A stretch of 64,000 nucleotides of DNA from assembly GCA_020891255.1 (NCBI GenBank), contig BQFW01000015.1, positions 1,612,001 to 1,676,000 of the forward strand. The letters are read 5' to 3'. The DNA is from Entomortierella parvispora E1425. Its lineage: Eukaryota > Fungi > Mortierellomycota. The notes under the pieces were generated by a model. It saw nothing but the letters and a program-made list of their open reading frames with translations. It did no database searches and had not been told where the DNA came from. Of the stretch, positions 48,429 to 60,808 are shown piece by piece. The position numbers were made by a program, and so were the translations under genes. Within the stretch, counting starts at the first letter, position 1. Each line of letters starts with the position of its first letter.

Positions 48429-50038
48429 CGATGCAGTTGAATATAAGAAATAGGCCCCATGTTGCCCTATGAAGCTTGCGAGATCCATAATAAAAAACCA
48501 AGATAATAATACTCACAGGCACGACACAGCAGATCTACTCGAGATCTTCACAAACAACAGCGCAAGGAATGGAAGGGTCAGTGCAAAGGGCGAGGGCTAG
48601 CATGCGATAACTTTATTGTGGATAAACAAACACAGGGTGCGCCACCTGTCAACGGCCGATCGATTCACAATTCCAGTGACAAACAAGGTTGGCAAGCTGG
48701 CAAACACTCTGCCTTTATCTCTCTCTCTGTTCTTGCTTCATCATCTCCCTTCAAGGGACGAGGCTGTCTTTCGCATGCAGGGACGGGTGAAGGAAACAGC
48801 CAAGCTACTGCGTCATAACTCACTCCATGCTTTTGTGAGAAGAGACAAAAAAAAACAACAGGCCACTTTTTCAACTACTCCTTGGCTCGCCTCTGACTCC
48901 CTCCTTCCGTTTGAATTCCCTTCCTTCTTTCGTTCCGTCGCCCCTCGAGCTAAAACAACCTCTAACGTTTCGAAATCGGATGGAAGGAGAAGGATCTAAG
49001 ATAAAAAAGAAAAGACGGGAAGGCAACGAGAAGTAGGCTGCATGGAAAGGGTAAAAAAAATAAAATCCCACGTTGTCCCTCGTTCAAATAGCCGCCCTAC
49101 AGTACTCTTGTGGGTGTGCATGTGAGAGAGCTTGTGGGAGCGAAAAGGCCACGATGAGCAAAAGGGTAGTCATATCTGATCCGGAAAGACGGGGTGGAGT
49201 GGTAGCGGCGACGAGAGGGGATTCAAATAATATCCACGGGCCAGTTTTTTTTCTTTTTTGTCTACTCAGTCCCGGAAAGCCCAACATCGGACTTCGGGGG
49301 AATCTTCGAGGCGGATATCGTATGAGTAAGGATCGGGCGAGTGAGATGAAGACACGGTCAAAAGTTCGAGGCAATAGACTACATTAAAAAAACGCCAAGC
49401 ACCGCAAACACGCTACCGGGACACACCTCTCCTCAGCCTTTGTCCCACACTACCCTCCAAGGTTGCCCTTGGGGTACTATATTATAGGCCTCCTCAATCT
49501 ATTTGCATCCTGTTGCTGCTTCGTCCTCTTCCCAAATTGCCTTGTAACCATGATCTTTTGCAGCAAACATGACATCGTTGTCTTTTTTTTTCTCTTTTCA
49601 CGCAGGCGGTCATTGGCTCAACTATTGGCCCGACCGAACATCATCGACGATCGTCTTGGCGAGGAGAGATAAAATAAAATAAAAGAGAGACCAGAGGACA
49701 GACACGACGAGTGTACCGGTCGTTCCAAGGGTCTGTCCAATCAAGGCACGGTCCATTCATTCCAGGTCCGCCTTTTTCTTTTTCCTTATTGAACAGCTTG
49801 TTCGATATACACTCGTCCCTTTCTATTTCGCCTCTTTTCCTTTCTCTCTTTCTTCTTCTTCTCTTCACCTCTCTTCTCTTCACCTCTCTTCACTTCGATA
49901 CCCTCCTCCTTTATATCTCTCGCTCATCCTCGCAAAGGGACTCTTTATCGACTTTCTTCCGCCTCGCCACCACTCTCCCTCTTTATTTTCTCTCCCTCTC
50001 CCCAGTCGGGTTCAGTTTCAACGACACCACAGCAAATC

Positions 50039-53000
50039 ATGGGTTCGTTGACCGTCCCTGTCCAGCGGACAACCCGTTCCTCCATCAAGAAGACAACCCT
50101 CAATAGAAGCAGCAGTAGCAGCAGCAGTGACGACAGCGACAGTGAGACCGTTGAGCGTCTCTCTGTCCTGTCCCGAGCCTCTTCCATCTCGTCCTTGGAT
50201 GATGACCTCATGTCAACCACCGCTACCCCTGTCACTTCCGCCACTGTCAAGGTGGTCAAGCACGAGGAAAAGATTCCAGAGATCACCACCAAGAATGACT
50301 TTTCAGTCTTGAGCGAGCCCTGGAAGTTGACCAACTTTTACAAAAAGCTGGATTGGGTGCATGTGTTGGGCTTGGTCTTTATGCCCATTTATGGATTTTA
50401 CATGGCTTTCACGTCTGTTCCACTTCAACAAAAGACGGCCGTCTTCGTAGTAGCTTACTACTTCTTCACAGGACTTGGAATTACTGCTGGTAAGATTTGT
50501 GTGTTTTTGTAATTGTGGTTATCTCCCTTCAGTTGCATTGTTCTACGAACCCACCCGTGTGGCAAACTTCAGGAAGGGAACAAAAGCTGCTTGTGCTTTT
50601 TTTTTTTTTTGGGTTGTGGGTGGTTGAGTTTAGTTACTGCTCGAAATTTGCTTGACTTTTTTGGAAGGCTGGCGACCCCAAAAAAAGATTGAGTTGTTGA
50701 ACAAAAGCAGGGAGGAGGGGGTGAAGGTGAAGGGGAGGACTTGCCAGGGATGAACATGCTCGCTTCCGTCTTGGCCTCAACCGCCTCTTGTGGGCGAACA
50801 GTCTTCTCCATCATATACCCACACGCCATGGATCCGCTACCTTTTCTTTTTTTTCGACAGATACCCGTCAAAAAGGGTTTTCCTCGACGTGCGACAACTG
50901 CGAGAAAGGACGCAAATGCACTTCACGCCAGAGTACAAAAAAAAGAGAGCAAAGGGCGAAATATCAAAAAAGTCGAGAGGGAACGAATCGCCTTGCTTGT
51001 TTTCCGTTGGCCTTGAGAGCAATTGAGGGAAACAAGAGAGAGAAAAAGTAAGAATACTTTCAGGGTCGATAAGATTGCGATGAAGGAAACGTGTGGGAAA
51101 AAGGTCGAATGACTTTTTGGGTGCTCACAGCCACCTTGATCACATCCGCATCCATTGATTCATTGGCACACCTACGCAACCTTCACTCCGGGATTCTTGC
51201 CGAGGCGCCGGGCTTTCGTGATCATTGCCCCGGAACCCCGATCGCCGTGTCACTGGCCAGTGACACACGCACTCTTGATTTGGTCGCTCCTCTTCCCCTT
51301 CAACCCCCACGATCCAGTTGAGCCTCCTACCCCTTCCCAAGGGGCACTGCACCTGCTCTCGTGCAGGATTCCTCGTTTACCCTCTCCCCATTGCAATCAA
51401 AACACTGAACGGGAAGGACGTTTGAAGGCAAGCGCCATCTGCAAGGCGAGTGCCATCTGCAAGGCGAGCGCCATCTGTTTTTCTTGGTTTGGTCTGCAAG
51501 TGCAGTAGTTGTTGCCCACCGGGAAATAGACCGACCCAAAGAACAACCCAACCCGACTCAACTTTATCTGCCTTTTGCTCTCTTTTTCTTTATTTTGTGC
51601 AATCGGTCCGGCTTCTTCTTTTTGGGCCACAGGGATCAAAAAAGCGAAAATGAATTAGACCACGCTTCCGGCTTTTTTTCTAGGGCCGACTTCTTGGGTA
51701 CTTCGACTTGTAAAATTGAATCTGAAAAATAACCTACTCTTTTTTATGAACTTTTAGGATACCATCGTCTCTGGTCTCATCGCGCCTACTCCGCTGGACC
51801 TTTGCTCCAGTTTATTCTCATGTTGGCCTCGACGGGAGCCATGCAAGGATCCATTCGTTGGTGGTGCAGAAACCATCGCGCTCACCATCGCTACACTGAC
51901 ACTGAGAAGGTACATGCTGCAGACATCATCACAACAACAGCCCATTTTATTTCTTGAACGTTGGAGTAAACGACTTTTTTTTTGTGTAACATTTCCTCTA
52001 ACTCATCTCGACTGTTGTTGCCAATCTTTTTTCCCCTTTAGGATCCTTATGGCGCTCAAAGGGGCTTGATCTGGTCCCATATTCTCTGGATGTTGGTCCG
52101 TCAGGACCCCACCACAGTGGGATGGGCTGATGTCTCGGATTTGAAGGCAAACAAGTTGGTTCGTTTCCAACACAACCAGTTTTTGTGGTTTGCTCCCTTG
52201 ATGTCTTTGGGCGTCCCCACTTTGGTCGCTGGATTGGGCTGGGGCGATTACTGGGGCGGATTGATCTATGGAGGCATCATCCGTCAATTTGTGGTCCACC
52301 ACGCCACTTTCTGCGTCAACTCTTTGGCCCACTGGCTCGGTGACATGCCCTTTGATGACCGCCATACCCCTAGAGATCATATCCTCACCGCTTTGGTCAC
52401 CCTGGGAGAAGGGTAATGCAGTCCACATGAATGTTGAGCAGAGAGAGGGCAACTCTTCATTTTTTTTATTTTATTTTTTACTAACTCTTCTTCTCACTCT
52501 ACATCCGATTCTAATAGTTACCACAACTTTCACCACGAGTTCCCATCAGACTACAGAAACGCCATTCGCTTTTACCAATACGACCCCACGAAATGGCTGA
52601 TCTCTGTCTGCGCTTTCCTTGGATTGGCCTCGGACTTGAAGCGTTTCCCCACCAACGAGATCAAGAAGGGTCAACTCCGGATGAAGCAGCAAGAATTGGA
52701 CCGCGAGAAATCCCGTCTGATCTGGGGCACACCCTTGGCCAAGTTGCCCGTTTACACGTTTGAGGAATTCCAGGAGATGGCCACTGAGAAGGGCATGGCC
52801 GTGACTTTGATCGAGGGCATCATCTACGACATTGAGTCCTTTGTGGACGAACACCCTGGAGGTCGCTCCCTGATCAAAAGCGCGATCGGCAAGGATGCCA
52901 CCACGTCCTTCAATGGCGGTGTCTATGATCATTCCAACGCGGCCAGACATCTATTGGAGAGGATGCGTATTGGCGCTGTGGCTGGAGGCGGCTATGTCGA

Positions 53001-53088
53001 ACATCGTCAAAGCTCTACTGCTGCCCCAAAACTCTCGACCGTACCTGCAGGTTCTTACCCTCCTTCCAGCCATTTCTTTTCATCTTAA
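50039..53088 (+). CDS. OLE1: Acyl-CoA delta-9 desaturase with C-terminal cytochrome b5 fusion (514 aa as spliced)
   Basis: Exons 50039-50489, 51758-51909, 52042-52412, 52518-53088 (1545 nt). His boxes HRLWSH, HRAHH, HNFHH; b5 motif HPGG. Confidence 0.96.
51247..51266. other. Perfect 20-bp palindrome in desaturase intron 1
   Basis: GTGTCACTGGCCAGTGACAC equals its own reverse complement. Confidence 0.95.
51425..51478. repeat. Three 18-bp tandem repeats in desaturase intron 1
   Basis: AAGGCAAGCGCCATCTGC / AAGGCGAGTGCCATCTGC / AAGGCGAGCGCCATCTGT. Confidence 0.95.
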
Positions 53089-53629
53089 AAAAGAAGGACC
53101 CCTCCATCGTCTTCCTATCACCCCCCTAGTTGTCCATTATTATTTTCGACCATCTCTTGTTCATCCATCTTATCCCATCTTGCAAATTACATACTACCCC
53201 TCCATTCCCTTCTCAAGAAGAAGAAGAAAAAGATATTTCATTAAAATTGTGTACATTAATATATGAAAAAGAGAAACCCAAAAAAAAAAAAAAAAAAAAA
53301 AAAAAATGGTATATGTTGAAACCAAAGCAGTCAAACAAGGGAACGATCAAGATTGGGGAATGCGGGCGAATTTTTTTTTCTTTTTTTGGTAGAGAGACAG
53401 AGAAAGGAGGCAAAGCATGGGATGGAAAACAGATGGGTGAGAATGGGTAGAACAGTCAAGGCAACATATTAAAAAAAATTACAGAACAGCATGGAAAGGG
53501 CAAACAAACTGAAAAAAAAAAAAGAAAGAACAGAAAAAAAAAAATCTAGAAAAGCTACAAGTCGCACATGTAAAAGAGACAGACCGCCGCACAAGAGAGG
53601 CAGAACATCATTCCTGTTCTTTCATGCAG

Positions 53630-56600
53630 TCATAACGCCTTTGACTGTGAACTTGGTCCATGAGGCGTTACTTTCGACTCGGCCGGGCGGGGATCTTGAC
53701 GACCGTACTCGTCCATGTGCACCTTGTTCATCTTCACCTCTTTCACCGCTTTCATCTTCTCGAGTCGCTCCATATCCTCCTGCTGCTGCTGTTTGTCCTT
53801 GTCCGAATCGTTGGAATCATCTGAAAATCCGGACGGTTGAGAATTAGACTCTGTGGGTGACGCCTCGGTCGATAAGGGAGGAGACACGGACGAAGTTCCT
53901 TCCGTATCTGTGGTTAAAAGGCTCAGAGGTGAGAGCGGGGAGACCATTGGTTGGAACAACATTGGGAGATGTTCTCTGGACAAATGACTAGGAGACGTGG
54001 CCCGCTTGATTCCATCAGGGGAACTGTCCAGAGGGTGAAGGTCAGGAGACCCTTCGGTGCTTAGACCCAGGCCACGACGCCACTCTCTCTTGGAAATAGA
54101 GAATGCATCTGAAGCTCGGCGAGAGAGCAGGGCGCTCTCAGGAGTAATTGAACCAAGTGGGTGAGTGGGAGGCGACTGGCCATGCAATGCGATCTCACTT
54201 TGGGAACGTCTGGCGGTTGCATTCCCATTAGAACCTAATCCATCCACAGGTCGCCTGAATGCTCTGGGGGCCTCCTGTCGACAGGGCCGGCCGGTCGATG
54301 ATACAGAGGTCAAGGTGGACACGGCATCCATTCCGGCTGCATCCGATCCTGAAGCATCCCCACCGGCATTTCCCCCGCAACCCAAACAGGGAGTAGGTCC
54401 ATTATCCGTCAAAGACAAATCCGAAACGCTGCCGCTGGGGGATTTTCCTTGGAAGACGGCAGATGAGTGCGAATGTTCTTTGAGCGTTGGACTACCTCCT
54501 TGACAATGGGGCGAACTGCAGCGGCTTTTGAGAATAGCCATGGCAGACGCAAGACATGCCTTGTTGCGATCCGCAATAGTACCACTCAGCCACCGACCCA
54601 TGTACTCGTTGAGAACCCGCTTCATCTCCAAAAGCGCAAAAGGCTTCGTCATGAAATCGTCCATTCCTGCATCCATGCATCTCTCCTTGTCCGACCCCAT
54701 GGCCGAGGCTGTAAGCGCGATGACATAGATATCCTTGTAATCCTTATACGAACGAGGCTTGACCTTTTCTTTCAGCCCAGGAGCCTTGCAGTCCGTCTCT
54801 TCGCTTGGTGGGGTGACGACAAGATTCTCGCCAGGCTCTTCTGGTGACTTTTCTGGTGACTTTTCTGATGTCTCCTCTGGCGACGTTTCTGAATTTGCTG
54901 GCGTCTTATCTGGGTATTTTTCTGATGACTTTTCCAGTGGCTTTTCTGGTGATTTCCTTGTTGACGTTTCCGAACGCTTTTCTGGTGTCTCTTCTGGCGA
55001 CTCATCTGGTGACTCTTCCGGCGACTCTTCCGGCGACTCTTCCGGTGACTCTTCCGTTGATGGATCTAGGAAAAGATTATGCTCAGCAAGAAGCGCGCGC
55101 CTCCGGCGATCCACAATCGTCCTGGTAGCATCGATACCGTCCATCATAGGCATGTTCACATCCATCTGGGATACAAAAAACAAGTATTCAAAATTAGTTT
55201 TAAGTGCCTTGCTTCACGAGGTCCTGATACTGATTGATAAAATCCACGGAAATGAACTTGGCTTACCAGAATGACATCGTAAACCGACCCGCGGTCCAAT
55301 TTGTCAATCACCTCTAGACCATTTTCTGCCACGTCGACCTTGTCGTAACCCAACTTTTTAAGAACGCCAACAGCAATTTTTTGGTTCACTATTTATCAAT
55401 CGAGAAGCAGCACGAACATGTTAGAAATCAAGGCCAGGAGTCCAGTGTAAAAAGATATCGATACCATTGCCCATCCCGCTGGCTTACCCTGATTGTCCTC
55501 TGCCAGCAATATCCGGAGAGGGATATCGTTGATCATCAGTGGCTTCAACGTCGATTCGACCACCTTGGCGTAGGAAGGCATGGCCGACTTTCCGGTGCTT
55601 GATGAGCTGGATGGGGGAGTGACAAGGGTCTCAACAGCCTTTGACACAGTCTCTGGAGCCTTAGGCGCTGTTACTGTAACCTCTGGAGACTTCACTGCAG
55701 GCACAGGCATAGCCAGCGGGTGCTCGATGGCAGCTGCAGGTAGCTGCATTGATTGTGGCACTTCAATTTTGCTAGCTTCTGCCTGCTTAGGCGTCGACAC
55801 TGGCGAGGGCGGTGCAGTCACAGAGGGGTGCGAATCGGTTTCGGAAGAAGGACAGACGGTGAATGGAATCGTAAACGTAAATCGAGAACCCACTCCCTCC
55901 GTGCTCTCCACCCAGATATTGCCTCCCATCTTTTCCACCAAGCTTGCGCTAATGGCCAATCCGAGGCCAGTGCCACCAAACCGTGTACTGACAGAGATAT
56001 CCACCTGAGAAAAGGATGTGAAGAGCTCCGTGATCTTGTTGGCTGGAATGCCAACTCCTGTGTCTGATACTGAAAACTCTAGGATCACAGAGTTTTCGTC
56101 CATTGCATCGCGTTCCAGAGAGTTTGCCGTTGGTGCCACAACCGTTAGAGAGGGCACAGTAATGGTTGTTGACTGTCGTGGACTCTCTCTCGTCTGTGGA
56201 GCCTGTACAGCAGGAGCAGGCAAGGGCGTGAACCGCTTGTCAGCCTGTCTGCGTCGAGAGGGTGCCGGTGACGGTTTGTGATGGACAGGGTTGCCTGTTT
56301 CTGAGCGGACATCGTACCGTTGTTGGAACACCATAGATGGCCTTGGATCACTTCCAGACAACATGGGTGACGATGGTAACGATGATTCAGATTCTTCCGA
56401 GTATGAAGAGTAGATGTGGCTTCCCTGTGGTGAGTTTCGTGTAATTGTTGGTGTACAGTTGGGTCGAATGGTCGGGTATTGAGGCGTCGGTCTATGAACA
56501 GACACACGTACAGACACACGTCCTCGCTGAGTAAATTTGAGTGAGTTGGTGCAAAGGTTGATGAGGACCTGCCGCAGCCGAGTGATGTCACCGAGCAGAT

Positions 56601-58881
56601 GTTCAGGCACATTCGTGTCTATACTCCAGAGCAGAGGCAAGACATTTGTCTCTTGCACTTCCGTGAAAGGTCCAAGGTCATCCATCTCTGGAGGCCACTC
56701 TATTACGCTGATCGACCTCGATACGTCGTGCAGTGGTGTCAATCCTGCCAAACTCACAGCATCTGAAAAAAGAGAGGTATGTTAGAAAATTGTTTAACAT
56801 GGGCACGGATCAAATTATTGTCTCGTGTAATCAGTTTGGAAGCTTGAGGAATACCTTTAAGACACTTTCGAAGACTAAGAGGCCGCCTCTCGAGCAAAAA
56901 CTTTACGTCTTGGTCAATCCGTGAAATGTCCAGCACATCATTGATCACCTAAAATATATTGAAAGGAAGTATCAGTTCGGCTATTGAATCTGGAGACTGG
57001 AGACCTGCACTTTACTTGAAAACATGATGGTACAACTTACCGTCAAAAGGTGCTGTCCGCTAGTCCTGATGACCTCAATATAGTTTGTTTGCTCATCCGA
57101 AAGTCCATCCGTGTCCAAAAGAATGTCTGTGACGCCAACCACAGCATTCATCGGGTTTCTAAAGGCACGCGTGTGGAATATAAGTAAGACATTTGACACG
57201 CTCAGCTTCCCCTTCTTCAGTAGCAACCATCTTCTGTACCTAATTTCATGAGACATATTCGCCAAGAATTTTGTCTTGTTTTTGGCCATGCTCTCGGCAA
57301 CATCACGAGCATAGACGAGGTTGGCCTCAATCTTCAGTCGGTCCAGCTCGTTTGCAACGCGGACCCCGACCTGTTCCAAAACAATCTGCACAATCGATCC
57401 GTCTTGCTCAGTCAACTTCTTGTCATGGATCACCCCAATGACGCCCACAATTTCACCTTGTGCCGTCTCCAGCCGCAAGCCAACATAAGACTCGATTGTG
57501 GTGTCACTGAGACAATCGGCAATATCCGGATTACTTTCTGTCAAGCCACTGTGAATAGAAGTCGACTTTTCCTGAATAGTGCAGTCAGCGAGATATCCTT
57601 GGAATGCGTGTGGGTTGATATTTGGACTACGATTTCATTCAAAGAGACAATGTAAGCATGAGGGGAACACGGGAATGATGCAACCGAATATAAGCTCAAA
57701 ATTAATGAAATACTTACTCGCCCGGATAATTAGAGATGTTGTGCATCACGCCGTCAATAGGGGGTAGAAGTCCCCCAAATTGCTCGATCAGGTTCATGTA
57801 CTCTGTTGGGTCCAACTCCTTGAGCTCCTCCAGACTGACAAGTTGTGAAATGAATGCATACTTGACACCCAGATGGAGGGCAATTTCCTCCACGACAAGA
57901 TCAAAGAAATGATCACCATGACAAGTCATCAAACTAGTGGCAATTGGCGCAAGGTATGGGAAGTAGGCGTCGTCCCACTCCATCTCTAGCCGTGGTCCTG
58001 CTGGGACCAGGGATGTTAAAAACATTGGATCTAATGTAGGCGCAAGTGAGTTGTGGTGGATGACGAGTTGACTCTTGTCTGCAGAGGAGGAGACGCACAC
58101 GGACAGCTGAGCGCCCGAGGAGGTTGAGGAGACCGCGGTGGTTGCGATGGACAAAGCTCTTGGCCTCATACTAGGCGAGCCCGAAAAACCAGCAGAGCGA
58201 TCAAACGATGGGAGTGCTAGTAACTGCCCCAAGGACGTGGATCGGGTTGAAGAGCGTGCCGTGGACGATGGTTCAGACACGGGCAGAGAGATACTGTTAC
58301 TGCGACTTTGTAACAGGGAAGGGGCAGCTGATGCTGATTCGGGATTGCCAAGAGCGTGCAGGCGGTCTAAGGACGCACAAGACGGAGCATGGAACAATGT
58401 TATCAAGAGAGATTAATTAGCATCCTTTCCCTTATTAAAAGTGGGTCTCTTTGAAGCGGGGGGAGAAAACACCGCTGACGGTGTTTATGTTTTTTTGTCG
58501 AAGTACAAGGTCAACAGTATGTGTCACCCCTCTCTTTCTCTATCCCTCCCTCTTCCCTCCCATCGACCTTGGCCACAACATGTCCAGGTAGTAAAGAAGC
58601 AAGACGCACGATGACGCGCTGGAGGGATGAATCGACGGAGATGACAACGCAACAGAGCGAAGCAATCCGAATGCAAGGCACAGCAGACTGAGCCCATGGT
58701 TTACGGTGCGCTTGCCTGCTCTTGTCTCTTTGCAATATGTCCTGTCCTGTTCCTGGCGATGGCTATTCGGGTGAGCTCTACCAACTAGTCAGACTAGCCC
58801 GTCCTTTGGGTTCCTGAAAGGGATGAACCTCTAAGTCGACTAAATCCTGATGACGATGTTCTCAAGGGGGCACAAAAATAA

Positions 58882-58924
<43 letters not shown>

Positions 58925-59996
58925 CACAACGCAGATACACGACTCTCTGGTCAAAAAAAGGACATAGCCCGCAGCGCCAAGAATTCTTCCCATCAGACCA
59001 AACGTGGGTCTGACTATGGGAAATATCCAGCAGAGACTGGGTTGGTTTACCTTGACTCTGGTCGGGGTCAAAGGGCGATATTGATGCCGGTGAGGCAGAC
59101 AAGCCTGTCCATGACGTAGAGCGGTCGAGACTCGAGGGTCTTTGCCGAGCATCGGTCGCTATTGAAGCCTCCTTTTCTGGCTGAACAATATGGTCGCTGC
59201 TGAAATCTACTTTTGGCTCGAGGCTGCCTATTGCTGTTTCGCCAGGATGTATCCTCGGTGTGGCTGTGGTGCCGGATGACGCGCTAGGCGAGGGCACGGC
59301 CACGGAGGTGGTGGTTAGCGAGGTGAGATCTGTGAAGTAGACAGCAAAGCCGACAAGAGCATCCGACGGTAGAGGCGGAAAGGAAGGATGACGGGATGCT
59401 GTGGAGGTAGAAGTCGAGAAGGAAGGGATGTGTTCGCTGTCCTCGGGCGCAGCACCGCCAGGGGTAAATTGGATAATACTGCTTGAATTGTTGTTGTGGA
59501 TGCTGCTGTTGTTGTCGCCGTAGTCGTTGGTATCATCGCCCTGTGGAGAGTGCGCAGGGGAAGGAGGGGTGCCTGCTGCTGTTGTTGTTGTTGCTGCAGC
59601 TGCTGCATAGACGGGCGAGATGGACTCGAGAAATGTTCTCGGCGCTGCACTGCTTGGAACCTTCCTGCTCATGACCCTCTTGAGCGGGGCAGTCGCCTCC
59701 AGGGCACGGATCTGGGCTGGGGTGGATGGGTATAATTGTGCCGGAGATGAAGGTGAAGAAGAGAGGAGCAGCTGGTTCAGATCCTTGCCTAGGGCCTGCT
59801 TTGAGGAAATTCCAAATGTAGTCGCAGCGCCCTGGTTCCAGGCACAAACATGGCCATGGATATCGCAGGCAATGATGGGATCGATTGAGGATGCAAAGAG
59901 CGAGAAGATCCAAGAGTGAAGTGAGGGTGGATGATGATAGTTGTGGTTTATACTGGAGGAGGCAGCTGATGTTGGTGTTGTTGTGGATGGCATCAT
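53630..59996 (-). CDS. Hybrid sensor histidine kinase: PAS - GAF - HisKA - HATPase_c - receiver
   Basis: PAS SIDPIIACDIHGHVCAWNQGAATTFG; GAF FFDLVVEEIALHLGVKYAFISQL..IESYVGLRL; H-box FLANMSHEIRNPMNAV; N/G boxes RLRQVLINLCTNSLKFT, VSDTGVGI, GGTGLGLAI; REC LLAEDN, MDVNMPMMDG, IALTASAM, DDFMTKP. Eight exons. Confidence 0.95.
54989..55060 (-). repeat. Coding 12-bp tandem repeat (SPEE units) inside the kinase receiver domain
   Basis: Six near-identical units such as CTCTTCCGGCGA on the + strand, encoding STEESPEESPEESPEESPDESPEETPE on the - strand. Confidence 0.95.
58891..58922. repeat. (CA)n microsatellite in kinase intron 1
   Basis: About 16 CA units. Confidence 0.95.
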
Positions 59997-60131
59997 GGTT
60001 CCTGTTCCCGAGCGTGGAGCGGAGAGGCAAAGCAAGGCGGGAGAGTTGATTGCAAGGGAAGGACTAGAGTGGACAAGAGGAGGGATTGAACCAGAGAGAG
60101 AGGCAGCGAATGCGAATGCGCATGAAATGTA

Positions 60132-60195
60132 AATGAATGAATGAATGCGAGAATGAATGCGAGAATGAAATGAATGAGTGAATGAGTGATGAATG
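60132..60195. repeat. Degenerate (GAAT)n microsatellite upstream of the kinase ATG
   Basis: AATGAATGAATGAATGCGAGAATGAATGCGAGAATGAAATGAATGAGTGAATGAGTG. Confidence 0.85.
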
Positions 60196-60808
60196 CAAGA
60201 TAGAATTAAAAGTGAAGAAAGAATAGTAATGTATGGATTGCAAGAGGATTGATTAATAAAAGGGCGGGCAGGCAGAGAGAGAGGACAGAACAGAGCGAGA
60301 GAACAGTGTGCGGGCGGGGCGGGGGTGTGCAGTTTGTTGCAAAGCTGCACTTGTACGTGAAGGGATCCACCGCGCTAGTCTTCACTAGTGCGGTGTACGT
60401 GCAGATGTGTGTGTATCTTATGTTGGTTATTATGTATGTCGGTCTGTCGGTCTGCGGTGGTGGCTTTCTTTCTTTTCATCCGTCCGTCCTCCCTTGGCTC
60501 CTTCGTGTCTGTGAGTGGTGACTCGATCATCGCACTCCTTCTGTGACCTGATCACAGAGTCACACATGATGAACAAAACCAGCCAACCAGCAGCCGACAA
60601 CTGCTCACTGCTGTCCGTCTCTCGCCAGGCGAGATGATGTCGTGTCATCAGGGGGATCATGCGAGCACGGGCGATCGTCATCTCTCTTTTTCGTTTTCTT
60701 CTTTTCTCTCTTCATTCCATCTCTTTTTCTCCTTCTCTTTCCCGCTCTCCCTTTCATTCCCCCATCCATCCCTCCTCCCTTTCTCATCTCTCCATCACGT
60801 CCTCGTAG

